DNA of 43,113 nt from Aplysia californica (taxonomy: Eukaryota), in assembly GCF_000002075.1 (NCBI RefSeq), contig NW_004797273.1:2604655-2647767 (forward strand), given 5' to 3'. The notes beneath the pieces were generated by a model, which ran no database searches, was not told where the DNA came from, and saw only the letters and a list, made by a program, of their open reading frames with translations. Positions 11,101 through 21,560 of this stretch are shown here, piece after piece. The position numbers and the translations under genes are program-made. Positions within the stretch are counted from its first letter, which is position 1; every line of letters begins with the position of its first letter.

Positions 11101-14100
11101 GAGGTCTGTCAGAGGTAAAGAGCAGTGATTGAATTTCTTGTTTTAGAAGGAGAATCCACCGATAACACACAAAAGAGACTTCAGAATGTTTACAAGGACC
11201 AAGCTCCAGATTTTGTCACTGTATACAGATGGGTCAGAGGTGTAAGCAATGAACCGGAAGAAGAAGAAGAGCTGTCCATGTGCTTTTCAGATAAGCATCG
11301 TCCCGAGGAGTCAGCCGGAAAAATCACGGCAATTGTGTTTTGGGACGTTCATAGCGTGCTTTTCACAGATATTTTTTAACCACGAGTATCAACTGTCAAT
11401 TCTGAACCCTACATTGAAACATCGAAACGACTGAAAGCAAGAATTCGACTAGTCAGACCAAATTTGAACTTGGAAAGAATGTTTTTTCACCATGACAATG
11501 CCCGCCTGCATTCGAGTACCAGAAAAGGGTAGACAATCACCTGTTTATGTGGAAATTACCGCCACACCCAACTTATTCTAGATATTTGGCTCCTTCAGAC
11601 TTCCACCTATTCTGTCCTAGAAAAGAACCATTCAGAGGTCAACACTATGGAAACGATGGATAAATCAAGACCGCTGCACCCCTACGACCAACCTGCTCAG
11701 CTTAACGCAGCTGGCATGGGAACTTAGTAAATGGTAGACAGTGGCTATTGAACGAAATGGAGACTATATAGAGGATTAAAAATGTGATCCCCAGATGCTC
11801 CCCTTCAATTTATGGTATGGTAGTTGCAAGTGTGTTATTTTTTCTTTAAGTTATAAACGAACTTGATTACCTTTTGACTCACCCTGGTACTTAGTTTTGT
11901 TTTTGTGTTGTGAAGAAAACTTAAGAGATCTCCAGGGTGCAATTTGGGTATAGATTATTGGTACCATGACACTTATTAAGAAAGAACAGGTTAATGAATA
12001 TCAATAACAACAGCAACAAGAAGAACCACCCCCCCAGATAATACAGACACATTCTCAAGACCGCGCTATCTTTTTCACTCTGCGAACACATAATATCCAA
12101 AGAAAATGAAAAGAAACAACTCTCCCAATAAAACAACAAACAACTCCCCCCCCCTACCCCCTCAAAAAAATAAAAACAAAATGAAAAACAAAAAACACCC
12201 GTCCCGCCAAGAAAAAAACAACAACCTGCAAACAAACAAACAAGCAAGCAAACAAACAACCAAACAAACATATATCGCTTTTACTTTTACAGTTAGCCTA
12301 CTTCTATTCTAACAGTGCCATCATCCTGACCTCATGGGGAACGCGACGACGACAAATCGCTGTAGAGAGACGAGACAGTTGAAGACGTAGACACAGCGGC
12401 GACACGAGGTGCCCAGGTACAGGTTGCCTACGTACACAAAGTAGGTGAACTCTGTGGTTCTCCCACAGCTGTTGGAAGAAATGCAAGCCTGCAAGAGAGA
12501 AAGAGATAGCAAGAAATAGACTATTTATTTATGTCTGTTCAGTAATCAATATTAGACGTCTTAATTCCCTTATCCTTTTGAAAACAACAACACCCCCCAA
12601 CCAAAAAACAACAACAAAACAACAAAATTTAAAAAATAATAATGAATCCATGAAAGAAAATATAAAAAAAAGAACCAAACAAAAAAGCAAAACATTCCCC
12701 CCCCCCTAAAAAAAAGCCAAAAAAAGCCTAAACATGAACAAAAATGATTTACATGTACATGTACTCTCTTACAAGAACAGGCTTTACTTCAGTCTCACAC
12801 ATTTTGGTAAATATAATGCACCCCACATACACACACCTTTTCTTTCCCAGTTCCCAAACTCACTACACTGCTAGACAGATTTAGTAAAACTTGAATGTGA
12901 TTGAATCCTCATTGGTCCTAAAAAAAATGAACGATTGAAAGAGAACAAAACCCGCTCATTCACTCTCACTTCAGAAGCAAAACTACTTTTTGTGTTTGTT
13001 CCTTACTTCTTATAGTTTGTTGTTGTCTTTGTTGTNNNNNNNNNNNNNNNNNNNNNNNNNNNNNNNNNNNNNNNNNNNNNNNNNNNNNNNNNNNNNNNNN
13101 NNNNNNNNNNNNNNNNNNNNNNNNNNNNNNNNNNNNNNNNNNNNNNNNNNNNNNNNNNNNNNNNNNNNNNNNNNNNNNNNNNNTGTCAACTTCTCTTCCC
13201 TAAAGAACTCCAGAACAAATTTTTAGAACTTTTTAGTACCGTATAGATCTAAGAACTCTTCCCTGTTAAGCATGCACTAAGCACTAAGTAGTAAGTACAG
13301 TAGTCTCCGCCTAAATGCACGGTGCTCGGGAGGGCTCCTTAGCGTGTGTTTGTATGGAGCGTGCGTTTACATTAACCTTTGGAAAGGGAGGACGGGACGC
13401 AGTCATTTCAATTCCTTATTACCATGGTGACCTCCCTTGGAGGGTGGGTGTGTTTTTGGCGGATAATGTGACGACACGTGACTGTATTGTGAAGGATTCC
13501 CCGACTGGGCTTAAAAATACAAAGGCATCCGGGGGGGGGGAGACTCAATGTCATGAATATGCACTGTAAGATAGCCTAAGAGGAAACTGTTGATGATAGT
13601 CATAGTCATAGAGACGACTGCCCGACCACTTGGCTTTCAAAGCGACCACCCCCGATTCATGGAGACATCAGCATCACAGATCTCGATATTCAGAAAAACA
13701 TTTCTTTTGCGATTCGTTGAAGAAGCACGTTTTAAGTTCTTCGAGCGCAGCTGACTAGGCTTACTTGGCTATAGAGGCCTGTCTAGTGTTTTACGCGTGT
13801 CGCCTAGGTCTAACTTAACATTAAATGCCGTCACCCAAACACCTGTCAGAAACCTTCTCTCAAAGATACATTTCCATTGACCAATCGAAAAACATTTGAG
13901 TACCCCAATCCTCCCCCCCCCCCCCCCCCCCCCCGCTCCCCAACATTTCACCAACCAGTCCTAGACCCATGTTTCTGTGGAAAGTTGGGTGTGAAAACGC
14001 TGTCTATCACTCTCTTTGTTCGGCATGAGGGGCAGTCTCACCAAAAATCCGGTTTCCTAGGCTTGTCTTATGCAAGCTGTGCAGGTTGTCGTGGAAATTC

Positions 14101-14523
14101 CCCCTTGAAGCTTTACCTTTTGGCGTGTTTCACGGATCAGACCTTGCGTTTAGAGAGAGTGACCCTGCGTTTGTACGTCTAAATTATAGTAAAAGACCCG
14201 TCAGATGACGAAAGCGTGCTTTTGTATGGCGTGTGTTTAGGCGGAGACTACTGTACATGAAGTGACTTTTGACGAAAACCCACCTGGTGCAAAGTTTGTA
14301 ATGTAGCGCAGAAAGCTTCCACAACACACATGACCACCAGATAGGACGTGGTTGGGTTCCGCATCTCTTTTCGCATGAACACGACTGCGCTTAACAATAA
14401 GCAGATGACTGAGACAGGCTGGCCTATTGTGACGGAAGGGGGGGGGGGGGGGGTTGAGGTCGAAGACGATAGGAGTAGGAGATTGAAAACACACAATGAA
14501 AGTGGTGGTGGTGGTGGTGGTTG

Positions 14524-14560
<37 letters not shown>

Positions 14561-14631
14561 GATGGTTTTTTTTTAAAGATACTACATGTGCACCATTCTG
14601 TTTTCTTCATACTAAACAATAACATTTGCAT

Positions 14632-14689
<58 letters not shown>

Positions 14690-14996
14690 AATCCAAGGGA
14701 TGAAAATGTCGGTTCAGTTTATTTCATTATTATGACGAGCGTTCAATTTCAATACGATGCCACACAAATTATGCAAGCTCAAAACTGAACAGTCGTCCCT
14801 CACCGATAGACTTGACCCATGTAGAAGTATTCTTAAAGAACAGGTAATCTTCCCTGGTGAGAAGACCAGAAGCCATCACACCGGGTGGCGCTGGTCCAGA
14901 AGTGGTGACGTTTCTGCCCTTGATGACGTCTACCCCAAACATAATGCTGGAAGCTGTTGTCATGGCAGCGAGTGGACTCAAATCTGAACTCGACAT
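7621..14996 (-). CDS. Six-exon rhodopsin-class (class A) 7TM GPCR, 406 aa, divergent peptide-receptor-like or molluscan chemoreceptor-like; join(14804-14996,14284-14423,12331-12488,9625-9822,8286-8612,7621-7825)
   Basis: All five introns are GT-AG with matching phases (1,0,2,2,2); CDS 1221 nt, no internal stop. Motifs: N-terminal NVT/NTS sequons, TM1-ICL1 VFMRKEMRNPTTSYL, TM3 SLQRFVVVAFPMR, TM5 VYIP, TM6 FFILFSLP, TM7-H8 SFTSYICLSSTFRQHL. Confidence 0.9.
8117..8191. repeat. (CTAT)n microsatellite; others include (CTAT)n 14633-14688, (GT)n 6761-6832, (GAT)n 14525-14557, (GAA)n 27361-27430 and (CA)n 25356-25410
   Basis: Directly visible simple repeats. Confidence 0.95.
8286..8612 (-). CDS. GPCR coding exon 5 (TM5-ICL3-TM6-ECL3)
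   Basis: Acceptor ttcatttcag|, donor AC|GTGAGT; YIMVYIPLIVGTFTN...EKQTTTVVLVSTFFFILFSLP. Confidence 0.92.
8680..8857 (-). mobile_element. tRNA-derived SINE, degenerate
   Basis: Minus strand has A-box-like GTAGCGGTTAGG and B-box GAGTTCGATTCC, then GCTGGGATG...AATGATC, shared with 31555-31683 and ~1800-1890. Confidence 0.65.
9625..9822 (-). CDS. GPCR coding exon 4 (ICL2-TM4-ECL2)
   Basis: Acceptor ttttctacag|, donor TC|GTAAGT; phase 2/2 matches neighbouring exons. Confidence 0.88.
10420..10685 (-). mobile_element. RTE-clade LINE 3' fragment
   Basis: Minus translation IRKRQAMFIGHTMWKEALENIVTIG*LDGERSRGRQREKI, typical of the RTE ORF C-terminus. Confidence 0.75.
10924..11887 (+). mobile_element. 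Mariner element, internally deleted and frameshifted
   Basis: TA-flanked degenerate TIRs (TA|CGAGGGAGAGTAAAAAAAATAAT vs TA|CCAGGGTGAGTCAAAAGGTAAT). Transposase remnants RAVIEFLVLEG...VYRWVR, SAGKITAIVFWD, FHHDNARLH, HPTYSRYLAPSDFHLF. Confidence 0.92.
12331..12488 (-). CDS. GPCR coding exon 3 (ECL1-TM3)
   Basis: Acceptor ctctctcttgcag|, donor AG|GTCAGG; ends NCLVSLQRFVVVAFPMR (DRY-equivalent QRF). Confidence 0.9.
13298..14253. mobile_element. Non-autonomous Tc1/mariner (pogo/Tigger-type) element in GPCR intron 2
   Basis: Perfect 18-bp TIRs CAGTAGTCTCCGCCTAAA with TA at both ends; a lone matching end occurs at 27859. Confidence 0.85.
14284..14423 (-). CDS. GPCR coding exon 2 (TM1-TM2)
   Basis: Acceptor acaatag|GC, donor CAG|GTGGGT; encodes QPVSVICLLLSAVVFMRKEMRNPTTSYLVVMCVVEAFCATLQTLHQ. 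Confidence 0.9.
14804..14996 (-). CDS. GPCR coding exon 1 (N-terminus MSSSDLSPL...WVKSIG)
   Basis: ATG lies directly after a polypyrimidine acceptor (ttctgttgttccctcag|ATG), implying an upstream UTR exon; donor G|GTGAGG, phase 1. Confidence 0.8.
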
Positions 14997-15139
14997 CTGA
15001 GGGAACAACAGAAAAACCCAACTAAAAACAATAACATAATGTTCCCAACCACAGAGGTGACGATATGGCTTTTTGTGTCTTGACAGTAGATCTAAGAGTA
15101 GCATACATAATACATGATCCAGCTTTGCTTGGGCGGTAG

Positions 15140-15525
15140 ACATCATAATCATTGCCTTTCTCACATTGCACCAGGGTATGGGCCACGTACAAACACTTTC
15201 CACCTTTCTCCATCCTGGGCTAGCCTCTTGATATTATACCATATCTTCCCACTTTTTCTGTACATTAATTTCTTAGATTTTTCTGCAGTTTTCCTCTTGA
15301 TCTTTTGCCCTGTGGATTCTAATCCAACACTCTATTTGTCATGGAGATGCCTGATTTCCTGAGAGTATGTCCAATCCATCACCAACACTTTTTTCCTACT
15401 TCATCTCTGACTGGGATCTGTCTTATTTTCAGTAACACTTCCTCGTTGGTGACCCTGTCTGGCCATTTGATCCTCGGTATTTTCTTAGACACTTGTTCAA
15501 GAAAACCTGGGTCCTATTCATGCAG
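15140..15525 (-). mobile_element. RTE-clade LINE 3' fragment
   Basis: Minus translation QVFLNKCLRKIPRIKWPDRVTNEEV...WIGHTLRK...NPQGKRSRG...LAQDGERWK, with a (TGA)n-like tail. Confidence 0.85.
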
Positions 15526-17392
15526 CGTTAGACATTAGGGAGGCAGATTGCACAAGACAGAATGAGGCCACTTCCCTCTCTTCTGGTCTTGACTTCATTT
15601 ATATTCCCCAAAGAAGAGACGTCGCGTATCGTCTAGCTCAGAAGCGAATTGTCTAAGTCATTTTTTCGCCGGTTCGGAGTTTTGGTTCGGAATGAAATGA
15701 AGTACAGAGCCAGCTTGGTAATAATATAGTTCTCTTGGACAAAAGTATAATCTACATATAAAATCAACTGAGTGGCCAAAAATTCAAGCAACAGGTTTTT
15801 TTCTTCTCATTTTCCCAAAATGGCTAAAAATGACTTCAGCATTTATCTTATGATCGGGACGATATGTTGCTTTCTGAAATCTTTTCCGAAAGTGTAACAA
15901 CAGGCAATGTTCTAATTTATGAATAAACACTTGGCTTGTGCAGTAACAGATTTTGTGGCACAAGACTGCAAAATGGTATCCCAAATGATTATTAATAGTA
16001 CGGTAGCGCCTGGATTTACCATAGGCTTGGGCCTAAGCTAGTTGCGCAACGTTGTCAGGGGACAAATTCTTTCATTGAAAGTAATGAAAGGAAAAAGAAA
16101 ACAAAAATCCTTACTTTGAAATCAAAATATTGCGCTTGTTCAGTAAGGGAACAATAACAGTTCTCAGTCTGGGAGCTCGAAACTCTGACACAGTATGGTC
16201 GGAGAACTCAGTCAGAGATCCAGGTCTATTATATCGTAATAGCTTTATCGATTATTCCCCCACCCCCCTTGTTATTCCCCTTCTACCCCCCCCCCCTTCC
16301 TTACTTGACCCACATATATTTTGGAAAAATATTATGATCATCATCGTCCCCCTAACAGTGCACAGAGCAATACAGAGATTTTATGTCGCTCCGTTTCCTG
16401 ATTGAAACATAATTGAGATAATTTACTATACATACTAGAGTAAAATAGTAGAATATCAATAAGACAATTCAAATGTACACAAACATCCTGTTGAGGTAAA
16501 AACGTTTTCCTGCAAATTGAATGCAATGAATAGCAGTGAAAGGTGAAACTGTGGGGTTATTTCTTGTGTTCTAAATCCATTCCTGCTCTGCCATGACAAC
16601 TATTTTAAGATTCCAACGAACAAAGATCAGTATCAGTCTATCAGGTGGATCGATAACAACGACATCAGTCTATCTGCCCCCGGGGCTCGATCAAATTCCA
16701 CGTAATTCAAAGGTTTACACAGGGGGAGCGGGGAACAACATTTAAAATAATGATCTTCTTCCCCTGCTAAGTTACCGCTCCACTTTGCAGTTACCATCGA
16801 AATGTGGTTAGTACATTAAGGTGATGGGGAATGAGGAACGATGCTATTGACATGGTATTAGGATAAACTTATTTACGTGTTATGGTTATAATTCATACCG
16901 TAATTTGTCGTAATCTTTTACATTTCATTATTGAAACTATGTGACGGTAAAGTATATACCACGACTTTCAGATCAAGCATAGTGAATTATGAACTTTTTA
17001 AAGTACATGTGCCCAGGATTTTTGTTTGTCATTTTTAGACTTCTTTTCCTTCTGTTAAGTAAAGGGTCGATAGCTGTAACAGGGATTTTATGTGTACAGT
17101 CAGAAAAAAGCGCGATGCATTTAATTGATTTATAGGGAGGGGGGGCAAAATTTATGGCACAACTTATCCTAAAAAATATCTCTCTTAACAAGTAAATCAA
17201 TGTTGCCCGAACTTTGCACATCAGTTTGTGTCAATTTGTCTTAACTTACTCATATTTTTCCAAAACAATTGAGGCTAAATATAAAAAAAAAGTTTTCTTC
17301 ATAAATGTATATAAAATATTAGAAATTCTCGTCACGCGTAAACTGAGATTGTTCACTGCACTTCCAGTTCCTAACACACATTATGCACACGC

Positions 17393-17397
<5 letters not shown>

Positions 17398-17441
<44 letters not shown>

Positions 17442-17832
17442 GACATTTATGTAGCGTTCAACCCCGATTAAAATACATAGGCTCTGAGCGCTTTACACAG
17501 CGTACAACAGTAACATTAAACTTTGTGTTCTGACTAAAGAAAATTATTCAAAATATTCATCTTATTAATTTAAAAACAGAAACGACTTCAGCTGACATTT
17601 GAAAGAATCAAAAGATTTGATCTCTCTTAAAGTACTTGGTAAAGCATTCCAGATCTTGGGACTTTGGTATTCAAATGCGCTTTCACCTATTGTTTTAAGT
17701 TTCATAGATGGTAAAATAAATTTATTTTTGTCAGCTGATGACCTTAAACAGCGAGTTTGAATGTACAGTCTTAACAGATTTGATAAATATGATGTTGCAT
17801 TATCATTCAAACATTTGTGACATAGGGTGGCC
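17398..17832 (-). mobile_element. L2/CR1-group LINE 3' end
   Basis: ORF 17565-17810 (RCLRSS...GESAFEYQSPKIWNALP...FKCQLKSFLF), followed by tail TGTAAAGCGC...CGCTACATAAAT and (ATT)n. Confidence 0.85.
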
Positions 17833-18133
17833 TATGTCATAGCTCATCAATGACATCTTTTAGCGGTAAAACTTGTTACAAGAAATTAATTTTACAGTGA
17901 ACACATTGTTGCACAAAAGGTTCTCAAAGCATACTTTCAATAAAATAAGCATGATGTCAAGATTAGAAAAAAACAACAACATGGCGCACTTGCTTTTAAA
18001 AACGATATTGCCCCGGCTGCAAACCTTTTAAAACCTGTAGAAACCAACCACTTGGATTTTTTATTTGTATATTTATAACGTTTAGAAAACCTGAATTTTC
18101 TAGAATACAGCTTGCAAGTGTTTACAAAAATGT

Positions 18134-18668
18134 GCGTGTGTGCCTAAAGAAAAGTACCAAAAGTCGGATTTTGGCCGTTTTGAGTTAAGAGTTGTACCTT
18201 ATAGGAAATTCAATGCTGAACACAGGGTTAACAAATTTTTTTTTTAGATACCTCAAGTAGATTTTTAGATATTGCACATTTTGCGAGGTAGGGTATAAAA
18301 ATGTAATTTCGAGAAAATGAGCTTTAAGTTTAACAAACTTGAGAAGATATACATACTTTAAACAAAATGATTTTTAAAATGTATTTATTCGTGGAAAATT
18401 CATTTCAAAATTGGCATTCAGTTGACATCGGTATCATGAATGGGATTTGGTAAGACATAGCAGGGACGAGAAAACGTGTTTCAAGAATAGATTTTTTATA
18501 CCTTTCTCTCTAAAAAAATCAAAATAAAACATTTAGAAGTCAAATCAATGAAAACCCTCTGAACAGATTGTTTAAAAAAAAATGAAAAAACGTGATTTTT
18601 GTCATTTTCAGCGTGTAGCGCAAAACGGTCTGGGGCGACTTTTGGTACCTTTCTCTAGGCGCACACAC
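18134..18668. mobile_element. TIR element (MITE) with apparent 6-bp TSD
   Basis: GCGTGTGTGCCTAAAGAAAAGTACCAAAAGTCG vs reverse complement GTGTGTGCGCCTAGAGAAAGGTACCAAAAGTCG; flanked by AAATGT on both sides. Confidence 0.7.
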
Positions 18669-18871
18669 AAATGTTGATCTGTCAAGATAAATTAATGCAC
18701 GTCATTGTGCAAAAGTTGAAGAACCTATATTTAATTAGAGGAGATATTTGACAATAAGTTGCGCCACGGATTTTTGACCACACTACGAGTTGAAAACGTC
18801 ATTTGTTTTTCTACGTTGACTTAACTCAATGAAGGTGCTTTTTCCGGTAATTTGACAACGATTATATACCC

Positions 18872-19090
18872 TCTGTGCCTGAACTGCAATTGGGCACTGC
18901 TCATGCTGTTTTTTCTTTCCTAATCCTTACTATCGTCATTTTTCCTCTCCGTCTTTTGTATGTTTGTCACACTCCTGTGACCCGCTATTTCCGGGGTGCC
19001 TTGATAGTCGAAGCACACTTTGTGCTGTTGAAGCAAGAGTGGTGAACAGAGTAAAAAATCTGATTCCCTGTAAGAACTTCCCTGTTGATC
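18872..19090 (+). mobile_element. Internal fragment of retroposon family A
   Basis: Reverse-complement match to the body of the 21023, 31060 and 37300 copies (TTTCTTTCCTAATCCTTACTATCGTC...GGGTGCCTTGATAGTCGAAGC). Confidence 0.85.
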
Positions 19091-19765
19091 TTGTATTAAA
19101 CAGAATGTGTACTAGATCCAAACCAGACAGCAGAACAGTTAAGGAAGAACTTTCATTTTTCACTTGGACTGCATAGAATGCCCTGAAGGAGAGCAAAAAT
19201 GTCTTTCAATGGCAAAAGCCAAAGAGACCTATTCTTTCATTTTATTTTTAAAAAATAAAAGAAGAAAAATAAGGAATCAAGGAGAAAAGTCTACACACAT
19301 TTCAATGAAAAAAAACAACGCTCTGCCATCTCTTTATGTAAAACATGATTTTATAAGCATATACAATGTTAAATGAAAATGAGCAGTGTAGTGTACCTTC
19401 TACACTAAATTATGACAAAGTGTTTAACAGTAAAAGAAAAGCAAAGAGGAACTTTAAAGCTGCATTTTTCAAAACAAGTATTTGACCAAATGGCCATAGA
19501 GAACGTCTTTTACAACATAAAATACGAAGTCAGTGCCTGGTAGTCTGATACTTGAAGACTCCCAAACATACGTCATGCGCTTCATTCACTCTTGTGCTCT
19601 ACATTTAATGATCTTCACAGGCAAAAATGGTTCCACTTTTAGAAAAGATATGTACAAACTTTTACAAAAGAGATGAAAAGTCAGTTCAGGTTGTCAGATC
19701 TTTCCTACACATAAGTGTGAACAGCTGTCAATGGAGACTATAGAATCTAAAGACTTTTCCATATA

Positions 19766-20577
19766 CAATGGAATCCTGTTATAACGAGAGGGAGGGGACC
19801 TGTGCGAAATTTCCGTTATATCAGGATTCACGTTACAAGGGATCCAGTAATAAATTCAAAGGAAATAGTCAAATAGGCCTGATCTATGAGTTTGGCGTTC
19901 TGTTTATTCGCTTTTGTATTTCCCCTGATGATGATTTGTTCAACATGATCTCTAGGTCTTACTTGATCAAAAACCGAATCAGGTTTCTTTCTCTAGCGCT
20001 AGCAATGTTGACAGCTCGGCGTTGGAGATCAGAAAGAAGGGGCTATGGCTCTAGGCTAACTCAAGCGGCTGTGTTGTCCCCCCCCCCCCCCCCCCCCCCA
20101 CACACCATGTGGTGTGTTGCGTCTGCTTGCGCACGTCACACATTCACTCCATCCATCTATCACAGGATTGTGACCTCTCCATCCGCACCAGAGAAGTGAG
20201 AGGCACGGTATGCCTAGATAATCTAGACTGTGCTGGCCTATTACGCAATGCATTCTGCTTGTCTGCGCATGCCACACCCTCCCCACTTTTACGCTCCGGC
20301 CTTCATTGTTGGTTCGCGTGGGCTCTCCCATTCTTTGTTTCGCTGGATCCCCAACAACTTTCTCAACTGGCGAGGTTTTATAAGCTGTTTAATTGTTCTG
20401 TGCACTGTGCAGAGCAGCAGCAATATTCTGTTATAACCAACTAGCATGTTTGTCTGATTGCGCAATAGCAGTATTTTATTTACAAAGGTAAAGCAGGAGA
20501 GAAAACAGGGTTATAGAATAGTGTCTTTATAACAGACTTCTCGTTGTTTCAGGACTCGCAATAAGTGGACTCCACTG
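19766..20577. mobile_element. pogo/Tigger-type non-autonomous element
   Basis: TA|CAATGGAATCCTGTTATAACGAG vs TA|CAGTGGAGTCCACTTATTGCGAG, with subterminal GTTATA repeats. Confidence 0.7.
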
Positions 20578-20939
20578 TATATAAAATAGACAAAATTAAT
20601 ATTATTTTTTTCTTTGACAGCAAGTATAAACATCTTTCTGTGGTTTATAAGCTTCTTGAAGTGAGCCACTGACTAAATGCAAATAAGCATGGTGGACACA
20701 TTCATTACTCGGTGCCGCTGTGGACAGCATCATAAGCATCATCTCTGTATTGGTCAGTTCTATGACTGTACTAGTCAGTTGTATGACAGTATTTGTCAGT
20801 TTTATGACATTTAAATGAAATATCAATCAGCGGGATTTAGTACAACCCCGTTCAGCTTTTACAAAGGAAGATTCTGGGTAGAGTTCTGATAGAGTATGTA
20901 GACTACAACTGAAGCACTTTTAAAACTACGAAAGTCGAA

Positions 20940-21560
20940 TTTTGTTTTAGTAAGCATTTTATGGCACTTGCAACAAAATAAGGTCATATAAGTGCCGAAG
21001 ACTAAAGGTTTTATAAGGGAGTTTGTTTGTTTTAGTAGAGGTTTAACGGTTTTCAGACGCTCACAACTGCATAAGGTCATATGAGCGCCAAGGGGTGGAT
21101 GTCAACAGAGAAGTCCTTACAGGGAATCAAGACTTACTCTGCTCACCTCTCTAGCTTCGACAGCACAAAGTCTGCTTCGACTATCAAGGCACCCCAGAAA
21201 TAGCAGGTCATAGGAGTGTGACAAACATACAAAAGAAGAAGAGGGAAATGATGATAGTAAGGATTAGGAAAGAAAAAGCAGCACTTCCCTGTTGTAGTTC
21301 AGGCACAGTTTATGAGCATGACAGAGTTGGATCAGCCCATTAACTGTGCATTAGAACGAGAAATGTCCCCCCTTTGGGAAATGCCTAAAGACACTTCAGT
21401 CAGAGGGACTGCCCCGAAGGGTTATAAGAGAGTAACAAACACAAAAATAAGGAGGGGAGATAAGGATGATACCTATTTATAGTCATAGAAAAGAAGGAGC
21501 AAAACACACCAACCACCCACGCTAAATTCTGTATACTTGAAAGTCCAGAACGTAAAAACA
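20940..21560 (-). mobile_element. Retroposon family B copy interrupted by a family A insertion
   Basis: Tail at 20940-21000 and body at 21434-21560 rejoin into a sequence matching 100-312. Confidence 0.7.
21023..21421 (-). mobile_element. Retroposon family A, full-length ~390 bp
   Basis: Colinear with the 31060 and 37300 copies; flanked by 12-bp TSD TTATAAGGGAGT / TTATAAGAGAGT (1 mismatch). Confidence 0.88.

Noticed and set aside
18936-19196. Recurring peptide (HPGNSGSQEC.KHTK) in ORFs 18936-19196 and 37290-37523
   Set aside because: Antisense translation of retroposon family A; the frame is not preserved in the other copies.
20747-20810. Three 21-bp tandem units giving a heptad-like peptide in ORF 20602-20826
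   Set aside because: Ordinary minisatellite; no splice or homology support.
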